NCBI GenBank assembly: GCA_023920165.1
Contig: CP089280.1
Coordinates: 1,984,001 to 2,048,000, forward strand
Length of the DNA stretch: 64,000 nucleotides
Origin: Curvularia clavata
Taxonomy: Eukaryota
Reading direction: 5' to 3'
Each line of letters opens with the position of its first letter. The stretch's first letter is position 1. Positions 1 to 13,504 of this stretch are shown piece by piece. The notes under the pieces are model-generated. The model was given only the letters and a program-made list of their open reading frames with translations, did no database searches and was not told where the DNA came from. Position numbers and translations under genes: made by a program.

Positions 1-2607
1 CTCCAGGGGTGCTGGTAGTTGCCACATGGTCTTTTGCAAAGTTGTACACTCGTTGAATCAGGATCCGGGCCTCTTCGTCATTGCCCTCCATCCAGTAGTT
101 GTCAAACCAACTCTTGAGAATGTTAACAACACGGAACCTGATTGGCTTCTGTTTCTTGTCTACCCAGTGCTGATAGTCTTCTTTCGCTAGACCATGTGGT
201 GGTTGAATACTCCATCGTTTGACAAGCATCTCGAAAAGCTCGGAAGCGGTGGTGAAGGAGCGGTAGGTAAGTAGGAACGTGTTGTTAAAGGCAGGGTCCA
301 AACGGTCGTGGCGGGTTAGTTGTTCAACAAGACCTGCCAACGTACCACCCTTGAGTTGAGGCGGCGTCGTCTTGTGGTCGTAAGAAATCTCGCCTTCGTG
401 GTCCAGCTTGAGGAATTCTGGTGTTTCTTCAACGGTCTGCTGTGGAAGAACCGGCACTTCACCAAAGAAGTCCTTGAGCTTCTTGTTGCTGTTGGCTGAA
501 CGGATTGGTTCGACTTTCGTGTCATCATTGCCAAGAGAAGACCCTGCGCTGTATGTGTCCGCCTTAGGCATGTTGCCAAGCAACGGCCTTTCGGGTCCAG
601 ATGGAATGCGAGCATGGCTAGGTAGTTCGCTGTCAGTGTTTCTCCGAGGATCTGAACGGCTTATGATATCATCTAACGGTATGTTCTCGGATAGGTTTTG
701 CAACACAGCGTACTGTTGGGTGCAAGTCGACTCTAGCTCTCGAGCGACGGCTCGTACGGCGTTGATCCGGTCCTCGAGAGAGTCACCTCGTAGCTCAGCC
801 CATTCATCTCCCAAAGGCGCGGCTACTCCTTGGGACGCTATCACAAGCTCAGAAACTACATCATAAGTCTTCTGCTTCTGTACGCTGAATTCACTGAGCT
901 GTGATGCTTGAGTATCGGCGTCCAAAGATGCGAGGTTGATCTGTTCAATGGTCGACATCCACGGCCGGCATGCTTCGAGCACCTTGCCTGCCGCATTGCA
1001 TATATTGTCGCCTATCTCCTGATGTTTTTGGCGTGAGATGACGGTATCCCGTACGACCAGGTGCTCATCCAAGCGGCGGATGCTTGAAACAATCAATCTC
1101 TTGACGTCCTGTAGTCTTTCCAGGACACGAGAGTCCAGCTTGAGAGTCGGCTCAATGGAGGAAGGTTCTTGATCTTCAGAGTCGGAATACATCGAGGTGT
1201 TGACATCCCGAGAGTCTGCACCATTGTTTTGCCAGTTGCCACCAATGTTGCTGCCGACGACAAATCCAGGCACAATGCGAGGTATTTCTTCTCCTCGCTG
1301 CTGACGGGCCACGTCCACAAATCCAAAAACACCATTCATCACGCCTTCGGCCTCTTTTAAGCATTTTGAGTAGGAATCTGGTGGAGGAAAGTCGGATGCA
1401 GCAATGTGCGAAGACAGTACGAGCTTTGAAAATCGTGACATGGTTTCTCTGAAGTGAGGGTAGAGCGCTTTGTTAGTGGATATGATGGAAGGGTTGCCAG
1501 AGTGGTTGTCGGTTGTTCCCGAACCGGCTGCGAGCAACAACCGCAGGTGGTCCGAAATGTCCTCAGCTCGCTTGACAAATTCGGACCTGTCGCTGTTGTT
1601 GATGGCTTGTTTGTATCGCTCAACTGCGCGCCGCATATCCTCGACCATTCTATTCCAGGTGAGAGGGACTGGGTTGACATCATCGTAAAACTTTCGTGAT
1701 TGTGTATGGGTGCCGTTGAGTCCGGGGCTGTGTGCAAAGGACGTGGCCGTCGTACCGGCAGGGGGCATTGCAGCAGACGCAGCAAAGCTCATGCTGCTCT
1801 GGTCGTAAGACCTGCTGTGGTAACCCGCGTTCATGGACTCCATGGAGGTAGCAGATGAGAGGCCACCAGACAACCGCTGTCTTTGCTGTAATGAACAGTC
1901 AGAGCGCGCGCGCTTACACAAACAGAAGGGGGAGTAGAGTAGAGCAGACTAACACTTACACGAGAGCTATAAGAGCCCATAGTTCCTGGGCCTTCGAGGT
2001 CGGATGCGGATGTTTCGTCATCTGTATCTTCCATGTTGTATCCAGAGCCTGAAGCCAGAAGCTCGGCTGGTGGTCTCGACATCTCTGGGATGAAAACATC
2101 GGTGCGGTTGCGTGGGCCGCTTTCGTTGGTAGCGGGTGACTCCAAGGGCAGCTCCATTGTGCTAACGCCGGTCAGGGTGTTGAAGTAAAACAGTCTTCCG
2201 TCTGGCGTGGCTTGAGGTATCCAAAAGGCCGCCTCTTCCTCCTGGTTGGGCGGACCGGTATTGCGCTCGATGGGCAGTATGGTGTCGTTGCCGCCGCTGA
2301 GGGAGCCATCGTCGGAATAGTCGCCCTCTGCGCCGCTGGCGGAGCGGGTGTCGTCGTCGGCGTCGGCAGCGTCTCGATCCTCTTCGATTTCCTCACTGGG
2401 GCGCTGGACGACGGCGCAGTAGTTGCTGGGGAACCAGCCACGAACACCGTGGATGACTCCGTCCCACCATCCGCTCTCGAGCTGTGTGATGACCTGGATT
2501 ATGTCGCCGGTGCGGAAGCTCAAGCTGGTGCGGTCGTCGGCCTGGTAGTCGTATAGGGCGCGGACGTACATGCCGCCAGCGTCGGTGGTGCCACTGAAGC
2601 CGTTCAT
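1..2607 (-). CDS. CDC25: Ras guanine nucleotide exchange factor Cdc25 (SH3, WW, RasGEF_N); 3' part runs off the window start
   Basis: SH3 motif YVRALYDY...GWWDG...GWFPSNY and WW-like FWIPQATPDGRLFYFNTLTGVST. Intron 1886-1959 (gtaagt...cag). The downstream exon is open to position 1 with RasGEF_N text (GGTLAGLVEQLTRHD, FLLTYRSFTT). The start codon is uncertain and an upstream extension is possible. Confidence 0.9.
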
Positions 2608-4806
2608 GGTGAAAGGCGCGACCGGTTCGAGGGGGGACGGTATAGGAGAGCAATAACGACGTCCGCACACTCGGGTGCGAGATACCCCTCTACTGCAACC
2701 CGGGATAAGAGCAGAAGGGGTCGCAAAGTGGGCCGCTTGATCTTACTACAAGGCGGTCGTTTTCGAGGGTTGGGTAGCCCGTGTGCTCTGGCCGGGGGTG
2801 GGTGAGGGCATGCAATTGGGCTAGGGGCGGGACCGGCATGCGAATGAGGAGCCTTGGATTCGCGCCTGACAGGGCAACACAGCGAATAGACTCTCACGAC
2901 GGGCTCTTGCACGCTGCTCTGATTGTCGTCGAAGGGGAAGAGAGCTCGGGAGCGAAAGAAACTGCAACACCAGGGCGGGTCGCTGGGCAGGCGTCGTGAG
3001 CGGTGGAAGGGCCCCCCAATGTGGGGACAATGCTGCTACAGGTCACGTGGCGAGCTGGGTTATGGGATAAAAGCAGCTAACCATGTGTCAAGCCCCGGGG
3101 CCCATCCTCTGGATACAGTGCTCGCTCGCTCGCTCGCTCGTCTACCTACATACTACATACATACATACATGACACCTACGGTCCTATTCATGCACGCCTA
3201 AATGCGAAGCCGGCTTGTAGCCGATGTTGTGCATACGCACAATCTATCCAGATGGTGGTAAGCGACAAGCCTGAGCCGGCTGCATCTTCATGACTTTTGT
3301 CGACGCCGGCTCCGATCCAATACGTCGCGTAAGCTTTGCTATCTGTCAGACCACACCGGTCTGAAGCATGTCTATACACACATCAAAGTAGTCTCGTCGA
3401 CTTTGGCCAATAATGGCCTGGCAGCGTCATGGTGCCAAACCCCGCCACCGCTCTGGCTGGGTATGCGAGATGCACCCTGTGTGTACGCGGCATGCAGGTG
3501 CCGAGCGAACAGCCCGACGAGAGAGGGAGAAAGCGGGGACCTCAGGCGTTCCGTACACATGTCAATTCATCTAGAACACTGTCTGACTCGTTGCCTATTT
3601 TTGCTCTATGCGCTATGAAACGTGGTCTCGGGGGACGGCAGGGAGGGAGTTGCCTCTTTTGCGGGCTGATGCCGGAGCAATTGACGGACGGTACCACCTG
3701 TGTGCGACCATTCAGTCGTCGACTTGCAACCCTGGGAGACTTGACCCTTTGTTTGTGCGGCATCGTTACTTGCAGCTGCATAAGCCGTCAGGAGACACCC
3801 CATGAGCTGTGCGAGCCTGGCCTGGTGAGGCTGACATGTCAAGGCTGATGGTGCAGAGGGTGGTGCAAGACTTTGAGCTGCAAAGCAAAAGTCAATTCAA
3901 GAAGGCTTTAGCGGTGACTGACACGAGCATCATCTCATCGTCGAAGGCGCCATGGAAGGTCGGAATGATCATGGCGGAATTACTAGTGGCCGATACCATT
4001 CTCAACTTTGCTTAATGTGTCGCGTGGAAGCGGAAGAGTCGACTTCTGGGTTCTGCGACGCTGGGCCGGCGAGGTGTGTGGGCCCTGGTCACCCACCCAA
4101 TTCATCATGATACTGCCCGTCACTTTGGGAGGTATCAAGGGTGTTGAGAGGTGACGGGATGGCAATAGCAGATGGAACTTTGGTCCATGCTAAGCACGGC
4201 GCAATTGCGGCAACATTGCACATGTAAGGGTCTCGGTAGGTGGACTTTGTGCAGCATGCCAAAGCAACGCGTGTTCATGGCAAAGGTAGCGCAGCACATC
4301 ACCAAGCATGCGGTCAATCGTCCGGCTGGCAATGGGACTAAAAAGGTTCTAGTCGTTTGCCTTTGTCGTGTTGAAATTGCCTCACGGCGCAGACGGATGG
4401 GTAGTGGCCCTATGGCGTCCGTGTTGTGCGAACACAGACCAGGTAATGCCACATGAAACCTCGACCTTGAAGCCGCGCTGCGCTTCTAAAGCATTACGTG
4501 AAGCGTTCTAGCGCGGGGGTGCTTCAATCAGAAGCGACGCATGCCCCTCGTTGACACGGAGGGGTTTATCAGCGAAGCAGCACAAGGCATGTGTCGCGAG
4601 GACCAAGGCTCGCCGGCGGATGGTGAAGGCGACGACGGGACACGCCGTTTGGCAGAGGGCGGCCGACGCTATGTGCCTCTAGGATGCAAGCACATCCCCG
4701 ATGCGAGCGGGGCATCCTAGCGGACGCTGCTTCGCTGCTGCTGCTTACCCGAAACCCAGGCAGAGGGGTCCTGGTATTGGCAATGATGGTACACAGCAGA
4801 AGATGA

Positions 4807-4845
4807 TGGTGGTGGTGGTGGTGGTGGTGGTGGTGGTGGTGGTGG
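4807..4845. repeat. (TGG)n/(CCA)n microsatellite, about 13 copies, with degenerate flanks
   Basis: Direct reading. It lies in the 3.8-kb intergenic region between the divergent CDC25 and amdA-like genes. Confidence 0.95.
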
Positions 4846-6410
4846 TAGTAGTGGTCGTCGTCGTCTGACCCAGGCCCCGGGACCCTCGCCGCCAAGGGTC
4901 GATGCGATCGCGAAGCCGATGTAGATGAGCAAAAAGCAAACGTGTATGCTCGCGCAATGGCTGGTTTGGATGGGCTGTTCGGCGACGCCCTCTTTGCCGT
5001 GTGCTGCATGTGTGGACCAGACTAAGCAGGCATAGTGGGTCCGGGGAACGGGATCATGGCCCGGAGGTATGGATAGAGTTCCAGGAACGAGTGAGGGCAG
5101 CCGACGATCGTCTCGAAATTACTCGTAGCCACACAGCAGGCCATGGTGCGAGTCTGAGGGCTGCTTCTGGCGTCATCTTGTTGGCCCCGTGTGCGAGGGG
5201 CAGCCGCACGCCGCCCCCCCTTTTCTCTAATTTACTTTCTTTTTCAGTGTGCCGTCGTCATGGCGCAACAGGCCTGGTCAGCGAGGGGCAGGGCATGCGT
5301 ATCTTGACGACGAGAGGGCGTGTTGTTGGGGGATGGTGCCAACATGAATGGCGCAGGAACGCAGAATGAGGCGGTGAGGCTCAATGCGCTCGGCCTGCAT
5401 CTGAGAAGTGGCGCCCCAGCAAACTACTCACTCAAGAGGTAAAAGTCGGCTGGCCATTCTTACCGCCTCTTTGCGATGTCGTGCCACAAGTGGTGGATGC
5501 AGAGGGCGACTCCGCTGCCAGCGCGTGGTACGGCGAAACCATGCTCCGGAAGAGGCTCTTGCGAGCAGAATCATTGGACAGGCGTCTGCCATGTTGCAAT
5601 TGGGCCCAGCCCGTCAACTAAGGGAGCACCCGGGGAGCAGGCGTAACTGCATGTGGGCGGCAGACATGGACAAGGCGTTGGGGGAGGGGCTGGAATGTGT
5701 GCGTGTGCGGCAGGGTTCGATATTGCGAGAGGGAGGGGAGCAGAGTGGGAGTGCGAGTGGGAGGGGGAGGGGGAGAGCAGAGGGCGACGGCGGCAACGGA
5801 GGGAGGGACTCGAGGGGGGCGGGCAGGCAGGCAGGGCAGACAGGCAAGAGCGACTGCGCTGCCATTGTGGCCGGGCAGGCGGAAATGGGCAGCGATAAGT
5901 ACAAGCAAATATAACGTGGGATGCAGCGAGCGCAATCCATCAACAGTTGGCCTTGGATTCGCTAGCGCTGTCATGCTGGACGTAATTATTCGGTCCCGCG
6001 AGGAGATCACAGGGGATGGCTGGGCTGGTGAGCCTGCTATTTGGCGGACTGTGCGCTGTGCCTTTCCCCCCCATCTCTTGTGATTTTGGACGGCTGCCCC
6101 TCTTGGTCTCCTTATTCCGCCCTCGCGCAGCTCGCCTCCATCTCATCTTCCATCCAGCCCGCGGCTTCCATCATTGCCCTCGCAGCCTGACGGCGACGAC
6201 GCCCGTATACTGTCCTCTGCCACCGGCCACTCCGGTGTTGTACTGCTACTTGTATGCAAACGCGCGGCATGAACGAAGAGCACAGCCGCTGCACCACGCC
6301 CATCAACACACTTTAACGCCCGCCCGCGTGCGCCGGCCGTTCCATCTCGACTTGCATCGGACTCAAGCTGCTGCATCTGCATCTGCCCGCTGCATCTCAT
6401 CTCTGCCGAG

Positions 6411-9024
6411 ATGGCGTCCAACTCGTCGCCCGCCGGCCGCAAGACGGGCGCGCCCGAGAAGAAGTACAAGTGCCAGTTCTGCAACCGCGCCTTCAGCCGC
6501 AGCGAGCATCGCAGCCGCCACGAGCGATCCCGTAAGTGCATTTCCCAGTGTCGCCATGGAGCTCTCCCTGTTTGGAGCGGGGTAGCTGTTTACTGATGCG
6601 GGACCGTCGCGCCGTGGTCGCGCTGCGGGGAAGATACTGATCAGTGTTGCTAACTGCCCCTCATCGCAGACACCAAAGAACGCCCCTTCAAGTGCCTCAA
6701 GTGCCGCAGCACCTTCGTGCGTCGCGACCTTCTCCTACGCCACGACCGCACCGTCCACGCAAAAGATGGCGGCGCGCCCCTGCCCAGCGAGCAGAAGCGA
6801 CGAAGCACCACAAAGGCTGCCGATGCCGGGCCCTCGAAGCCGCCCGCCGTCGACAATGCCACGACGCTCGAACGCATTCAAGCCGACAATGACGCCATGC
6901 ACGACGACGACGACCTCAATGCCGCCGCCATGCTCATGACCGACTTCCATCACAAGGCCATGGCCAGCCAGGAGCCCGAAATGATTCCTGAGCACAACGA
7001 GCCCGTCATCTCCCCCACCGGCCCGCCCATGATGGAGCCCGTCATCCCCTACACGGCCCCGGGCCAGAACATGCTGCCCCAGATGCCCTGGAGGGACTCA
7101 ATGGTTCCGCAGTCTGAGCCCAAGTCGTCCCCCACCGCTCATTCGGCTTTTACCTCGGCCGGCGCCCTCGGCTCCCATCCTCACCAATTGCCTCCCCTCA
7201 TGGAGCGCACCATGTCAGGCAACGACAGCCTTGCACCCACCTTCTCTGCTATGAATGGTGGCAATGGCCTCGGTACACCGGGCGCTCTTTCGCCCTACCC
7301 CTCGATGATGGGTCCCGTTTCGCCAGTCGACTATCGCAAGTCGCCTGGCCCCAACCAGGCCTTGATGATGACCCGGGCTCCTCAATTGGACTCGGAAGAG
7401 CAGTGCGCGAGGATCTACGAAAACATCAAACAGTATGACAGTGAGAACGCGCTTCTCGAGACATTCCATCTGCCCAGCCTCAACACCCTAAACCGTCTGT
7501 TGAAGACTTACTTTGATCTGTTCCACCACCACCTTCCCTTCCTGCATCCCGCCACCTTCAACCCCACCGAGGTGTCGGCCCCACTGCTCCTTGCTGTGCT
7601 ATCGATAGGAGCACTGTACATATTCGACCAGGACCAGGCATACATGCTCCACATTGGATCAAAGGTTCTCGTCAACCAGTTCCTGCAGAACAAGGAGAAC
7701 TTCAGTTCGCGTAAATGTCCCCTGTGGACAATGCAGAGCACGCTACTAAACATGATCTTCTCCAGCTGGAGCGGTGATCCAAAGGGTCTCGAGTGGGCTT
7801 GCTCAATCAAGAGTCTTTTGGCCAACATGGTTGCCGGAAACAGATATGAGCTCAAGCTTCGGTCAGATGCGCGTGAAGGCGCCCAGCCGAACCATGAGGA
7901 ATGGGTTGTTGACGAGCAGTGCCGCCGAACCTACTACGCAGTCTACATCTTCTTTGGTCTGCTTACTCTTACCTACAACCACACGCCTGCCATGGGCTTC
8001 AATGAGTTCGACACATTGGAGTTGCCATCCTCCGAATCCCTCTGGACTATGGAGGTTTCGGACGATGATGCCTGGCGTGAAAGCCTCAGCTCATCCAAGA
8101 TCATCACTTTCCGCCAGGCCCACGACAATCTCTTCCAAGGCGAGACTGCGCGCTACAGTGCTTTTGCCACACGCGTCATGATTAACGCTTTGTTCCTTGA
8201 GGTGTGGTATCACAAGCGCAGCCCGGAAGCTCTTCAGGACGTCGTTACCGAGTATAAGCTTCGATTGGCTCTTGAGACTTGGGAGAAGTCACTTGAACTG
8301 TGTGAGCCCGAGACCGTTGTGGTTCAGCTGAGCGCTCCACACAAGGGACACCCACTCATCTTCAATGCCATGGCCCTGTATAGGAACACTCGAGCTCGAC
8401 TTGTCGTTGATCTCAAGTCTATCCAAGAGGCTCTGCGCTACCACGACTCATACGAAGTCGCTGCCGCCATGACCAACGCCCGCGACAAGGTCCAGCGCTC
8501 ACCAGAGATGATCAAGGTCATCCAGGAGTGCTTCGATTGCATCGAGGTCGCTGCCGTGCAAGGAATCCGCTGGGTCGCACGTACTTCAGCCACCAACTGG
8601 AGCATTGAGCATCCCCTGACCGGCATGGATCTGATGGTAATCCTGACCTTGTGGCTCTACCGCTTGGAACACGACGAAGAACCCGCCACCGAAGAAGAAC
8701 TAGCCATGTACAACAAGCTGCGCAACCTCTTCGACGACGACTCGGTAGACGTCTACGGCGCCAAGCTAAGCTCCACTGTCGCTCGACTTTGGGGTAGTAT
8801 GATCGACGAAGTCGTTGTTTGGGGGTAAGTTAATTCCTGCAAATGTCCCATGAAACTTGTCACTAACTCTGCATAGTATCACTAAGCTCATGGGCGAAGC
8901 CTTCAAGCTCCATTCACAGGCCCTCGTCGGCTATGAGGACGCCATGTCCTCTCGCTCTGGATCTGCTACACCATCTATGGCGGCTGGTGGTGTTCAGGTC
9001 CTTGAGATGCAGATGGCCTACTAG
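6411..9024 (+). CDS. amdA: C2H2 zinc-finger plus fungal-specific TF domain transcription factor, AmdA-like
   Basis: Two C2H2 fingers (YKCQFCNRAFSRSEHRSRHERSH / FKCLKCRSTFVRRDLLLRHDRTVH) joined across intron 6532-6669. Fungal_trans region (YFDLFHHHLPFLHPATF). Intron 8825-8876, stop TAG at 9022-9024. The gene name is from recalled similarity and is less certain than the domain call. Confidence 0.8.
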
Positions 9025-9876
9025 GCCCGATCGACTCCGCTTACGATCTGTCTTGATTTGTTTTCCATCTCTCTTTTCATGTCACCAAAGTTTTCTTATT
9101 TGCTACAGTCACCTCCTTGCATCTGGGAGCATGCCATGGAGTTTAGGCGCGCCGAGCATCATTACTCTATTTCTAGTATCATTTTTGCTTTCTCAAGATT
9201 AGGGTAATTCGGCGCACAGGGGCAGTCGTTCAGATTGCGACACACCTGAGCATGTGCTCTATTTGTTTGGCATCCTTCTAATATCTTTCCCTCGCTCATA
9301 CCCATCGGCATTTCTGGACTAATGGAGGCTGGCCCCAGGTGTGTTATCGCTCTGCTTTGGCCTTCGCTGCCTGCGTTGGCCCCGCCGCATTTCTGCTAAT
9401 ACCGTGTGTTTATTGCTGTTCTTTCTCTATTTTTTTTTAGTCATGGAGCTTTTGGGATTTGTGTGCATATACCATAGTATTTATGAAGCGTCCGTGTGCG
9501 GCGACAAATGACAGAATGGAAGTAGTAGACTGACTATGTTGAGTGGGTAGATTATGATTTTGAATATTATTACTTCATGAACACGATTCCCTTGAAGAAA
9601 ATCAGGTGAAACAGAGCCAGCCTTTCAGTCCAATGTGTTTCAGTAATGCCAGCAAAGGTTGAGTAGTGGATTGGGTGAGGCCACTAATCGATAATGGTTA
9701 CCCACGGACCACGCTGCAGAACTAGCGCGAAAGAGCTCCAGTTGAACTTTTCCAAAAATTTCGAGGCCCAGCTACACCAGCCCGTCTGCTCGCAGCTGCA
9801 CGCATTGCCCAACACACCCACACGACCCCTCTCTTCGCATATTTTTCTTTTTGAAACACAATCGCATTCAGTCACA

Positions 9877-10603
9877 ATGTCGAAAGAAATCGAAGAGAAG
9901 AAGCTGAAGAAGGAGAAGAAGGACAAGAAGGAGAAGCGCGCCGAGAAGGATGGTGTAACCAAGAGCAAGAAGGACAAGAAAGAGAAGAAGGTTAAGGGCG
10001 ATGTCGAAATGACCGATGCGCTCGAGGCCGAGCTGGAGAAGGAACCAGAAGTCTCCATGGTCAATGTCGTAGACGGCGCATCCAACGATGACGAGCCACG
10101 CGGCGCCCTCGTGCCCTTTGCATTCCCGCTGGCCGACAACGACAAGGATGTTAAGAAAATCCTCAAGACAGTCAAGAAGTGTATGTATATGCCATGCGCT
10201 CCCACCCACGCACCACCCGCTAACTTGTCCCCCTTTTACAGCCGCCAAATCCAAGACTCTCCGCCGCGGTGTAAAAGAAGTCGTCAAAGCGCTGCGCAAG
10301 TCTGCCGCAGCTGGCTCCCTGAGCGACCCCTCCGCCATCGTCGTCATCGCCGCCGACATCTCCCCCATGGACGTTATCGCGCATATCCCTGTCCTCTGCG
10401 AAGACCACAATGTGCCGTACATCTACATCAAGAGCCGTGCACAACTCGGCGAGGCGAGCGCGACAAAGCGACCTACCAGCGTGGTTATGATTGGCAAGGA
10501 TAAGATGGGTAAGAAGGCGGCAGAGGGCGATGACGAGTTTGCAGAGGCCTACGCCGAGCTGGTCAAGGTGGTGAGCAAGGCTAGCAAGACTGTTCGAAAG
10601 TAG
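9877..10603 (+). CDS. NHP2: H/ACA snoRNP subunit Nhp2 (L7Ae family)
   Basis: Lys-rich N-terminus. LRRGVKEVVKALRK...VVIAADISPMDVIAHIPVLCEDHNVPYIY...LGEASATKRPTS. Intron 10181-10241. Confidence 0.93.
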
Positions 10604-12752
10604 TGCTTTTGCGAACGGACTTGTGTGTTGTGCGTCAAGTGGAAGAGGTTTTAGAAGGAGGTTTTTCCATTCCGTCATGTCCTCGATGTACTTGTTGATC
10701 CAAAAAAACACACACAAAAGAGAATTTGGACAAAGGGACGAGAGGGAGTTTATGGCGTTGTACGTTTTTCACGTTTTCCTCGACCCGACATGGTTAAGTT
10801 TGGCTGTGGTTGCAATTGCATGTCATTGTGTATTCTAAAGGCTTTGACTGCGGGAAGGGAATAAAGATGGGACTTGAAATATATCCGTATACCATTAAGA
10901 TCTTTCTGTGGCTGGGTGTCTAGCTTGCATGCACGTGTCTTCTAATATCTGATATAAGGGTCTGCTCTTTTGAATGTCGTCCTTGCTGCTTGCTGTTGAC
11001 AGTAAATGTTCGGGTTATGACATGAAGTTATGAAGTACTTCCCGTTGCAAGTGGTTAGTTGTCTACGGCTCCGCTTATACACGACTGACGTTGGGCGCAT
11101 CATTAACGTTGCTTAAAATACACGACGAATGTATTATACTTGGGTTGGCAACCTTCGTCAGCCGGCTTCTTATGACTCAAACATTGGTTTAATGAACACT
11201 GCGACGTATTCATGCTCTTGGTTTTGGTGGAGTATGACTTTTATTCAGACTTGCAATTATGGACACCATTATAGTACTAACGCTTACAGGACACTTGTAC
11301 GTACACGCTATGTATGAAACTCTCAGCGAAAGATGATATACACGCAGCGTATATAGACATACGAATTGTTCAGTAGTTATAGCGAGTCCTAGGAAAATCG
11401 AATGTGAAGCAGCGGAGACAAAAGGCATCAGTCAACTCCAGCATACCAATCTCAATGCATAAGTGAAAAACTAAATTCAGCAACAGTCCCCACAGGCTAA
11501 CAGCGATGCACCCACCACTCGAACCCGTATGATCGCTGCCCAGGTCTCACACCAGCCACAGCAGCCCGAGCGATGTGCTACAAGGGAGTCGAACATGCCG
11601 TTTCAACCGCTCTACCCACCTTTGCGCCTTGGCTATAAACGCCAATAGTCTTAGACGAAAGCCACCGCATGCAAAATGTAGTGGAATACAGGATACTGTC
11701 TGATTGTTCCATCAATGCCGCTGTATGAGTCTGAAGCTATAGGAGGAAAACCTTGTGGGTGACATGCATTGGTAGCAGACGCTGCTCTTACTACGCGGCT
11801 GTTGGTTGGGCTGGCAGATGTGTAACCGGATGGTGCCTGCCTCCGAAAGAAATCAGACGTGGTGATCAACATACGTGGACGCGCCGTTGCGCATGGCCAT
11901 GATTTGTGGCTGTGAAAAATTGGGAAGGGTAGGCATGCGATATCTTGAGTTAGGCATGTAGTCGAGTTGATATGTAAATATCATGGTTTGTTCTTTTGCT
12001 GAACTTGACGAGCACCACTATCCACCTTATGATAGTTCTTTGGCTGTAAAGTGCGATCGCATCAAGTACCACTGTTTGCATCAACAGTATATTTAGTTGA
12101 TCGTTCGAACATATCCCGCATCGATTTGTCCGGTCCTTCCACCGTAGACAAAAGCAACTCGCTTGCCGGCGTTGCCCCCTTCCCAATCGCTCCCCTCTGT
12201 TGCATTACAAGCATCACCAGCCTCCGGTCGTTCAAGAGCCCAATAAACTTTGCTAACCGACACGGATCGGCATGCCTATCATTGTTCCGACTGCCGCCAT
12301 GGTCAAAAAAAATCAAGCTTCGACAAGCATCCTCGGACCGAATCGTTAATAGTAGTTTCATCCCCAGACTTGTGACGCGAAACACCCCCTTTGAGTATCA
12401 CGGCCGTCTCTAGTGATATTTGGCCGGCGGACTCGCTGGCGTGAGCCACATTCGACGAACCATATCCCCACGGAGTAATTCATGGTAAGCAAGCACGGCC
12501 ACAGTTGACTACTTTTGCGCTGCCAGTTCGAACGTATCGCGCCGAAACTAGGGCCCTTTTGCGCCAGTAGGGAACTGCCGCTTCCCAATGGTGCACGACA
12601 AGGGAAGGAGAAGGAAAAGAGTTCGGTACTGAAGTGCAGACTGTGTTAGAATGCTGACATGCGTCACTAACATCTGTCACTGCGTGAAGGTCAGCCGTGT
12701 TGTTGTTCGGTCCGAGAAGATGAATGTAATAAATACATCACTACAAGAGTGA

Positions 12753-12759
12753 TATAAAA
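12753..12759 (+). promoter_or_regulatory. TATA box of the small secreted protein gene
   Basis: TATAAAA about 190 nt upstream of ATG 12947, followed by a putative 5'UTR intron (gtgagt 12845 ... cag 12930). Confidence 0.5.
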
Positions 12760-12946
12760 GGTAGTTGGTGTCGTCTGCTTCGTATCATCAGAACAAGCTT
12801 CATCTTCTTCAACAACCGACTGTCTTTTTTGCTCCTCACCTGGTGTGAGTCCCTTCGCTTCTCTCTCTATCATATCATAGTTTTGATAGGCATCCTTTTC
12901 TTTCTAAATCTTAATTCACCAAACCCCCAGTTCATATATATCCAAC

Positions 12947-13504
12947 ATGAAGGCCTTCACCCTCCTCGTCCTCATCGCCAGCGCTTTGGCCGCCCCAGCA
13001 AACAAAGGAGGCTGCGGAAACGCCGCTGGAGCCGCTGCTGGAGGAGCAGCCGCCTGCACCAAAACCAGAGCCGACTTGGAAAAGGGCATTCAGGACAACC
13101 TGAACATCCAAGCCCAAGAACTCGCCGGGTACGTTTTCTTCCCCCACTACCACCCCTTCATCCTCACTAACATCGTCTCCAGTGTCCAAACCCTCCAAAA
13201 ACAAATCGGCACCGCCGACTTCAAAACCACTCAAGCCAAAGTCCTCAAGATCCAACAACAAGGCATCGACATCCGCGTCAACAACCAGAAGCTTGCCAAG
13301 CAGATTAACAGCACTGCCTCTGCGGGTCTCGACATCGTGCAGGGCGCACAGCTCAAGGAGATGTCGCAGGTTCAGGGGCTGACCGGCACGGCGGCAACCG
13401 AGAAGGCGGATAAGGAGACACTGGCGACATTGGTACAGGAAGTCCAGGATGGCACGAAGCAGAACCAGAAGAATTTGGCGGATGCGAAGAGTTCAAAGTG
13501 CTAG
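12947..13504 (+). CDS. Small secreted protein (about 167 aa after splicing), unknown function, candidate effector or cell-surface protein
   Basis: Signal peptide MKAFTLLVLIASALAAP. Helical Gln/Asn-rich body with 3 Cys. Intron 13129-13182 (gtacgt...ctaac...cag). Confidence 0.85.
   Translation: MKAFTLLVLIASALAAPANKGGCGNAAGAAAGGAAACTKTRADLEKGIQDNLNIQAQELAGYVFFPHYHPFILTNIVSSVQTLQKQIGTADFKTTQAKVLKIQQQGIDIRVNNQKLAKQINSTASAGLDIVQGAQLKEMSQVQGLTGTAATEKADKETLATLVQEVQDGTKQNQKNLADAKSSKC

Noticed and set aside
4569..5009. ORFs with poly-His, poly-Pro or poly-Thr tracts
   Set aside because: They are three reading frames of the (CCA)n microsatellite, with no other coding signal.
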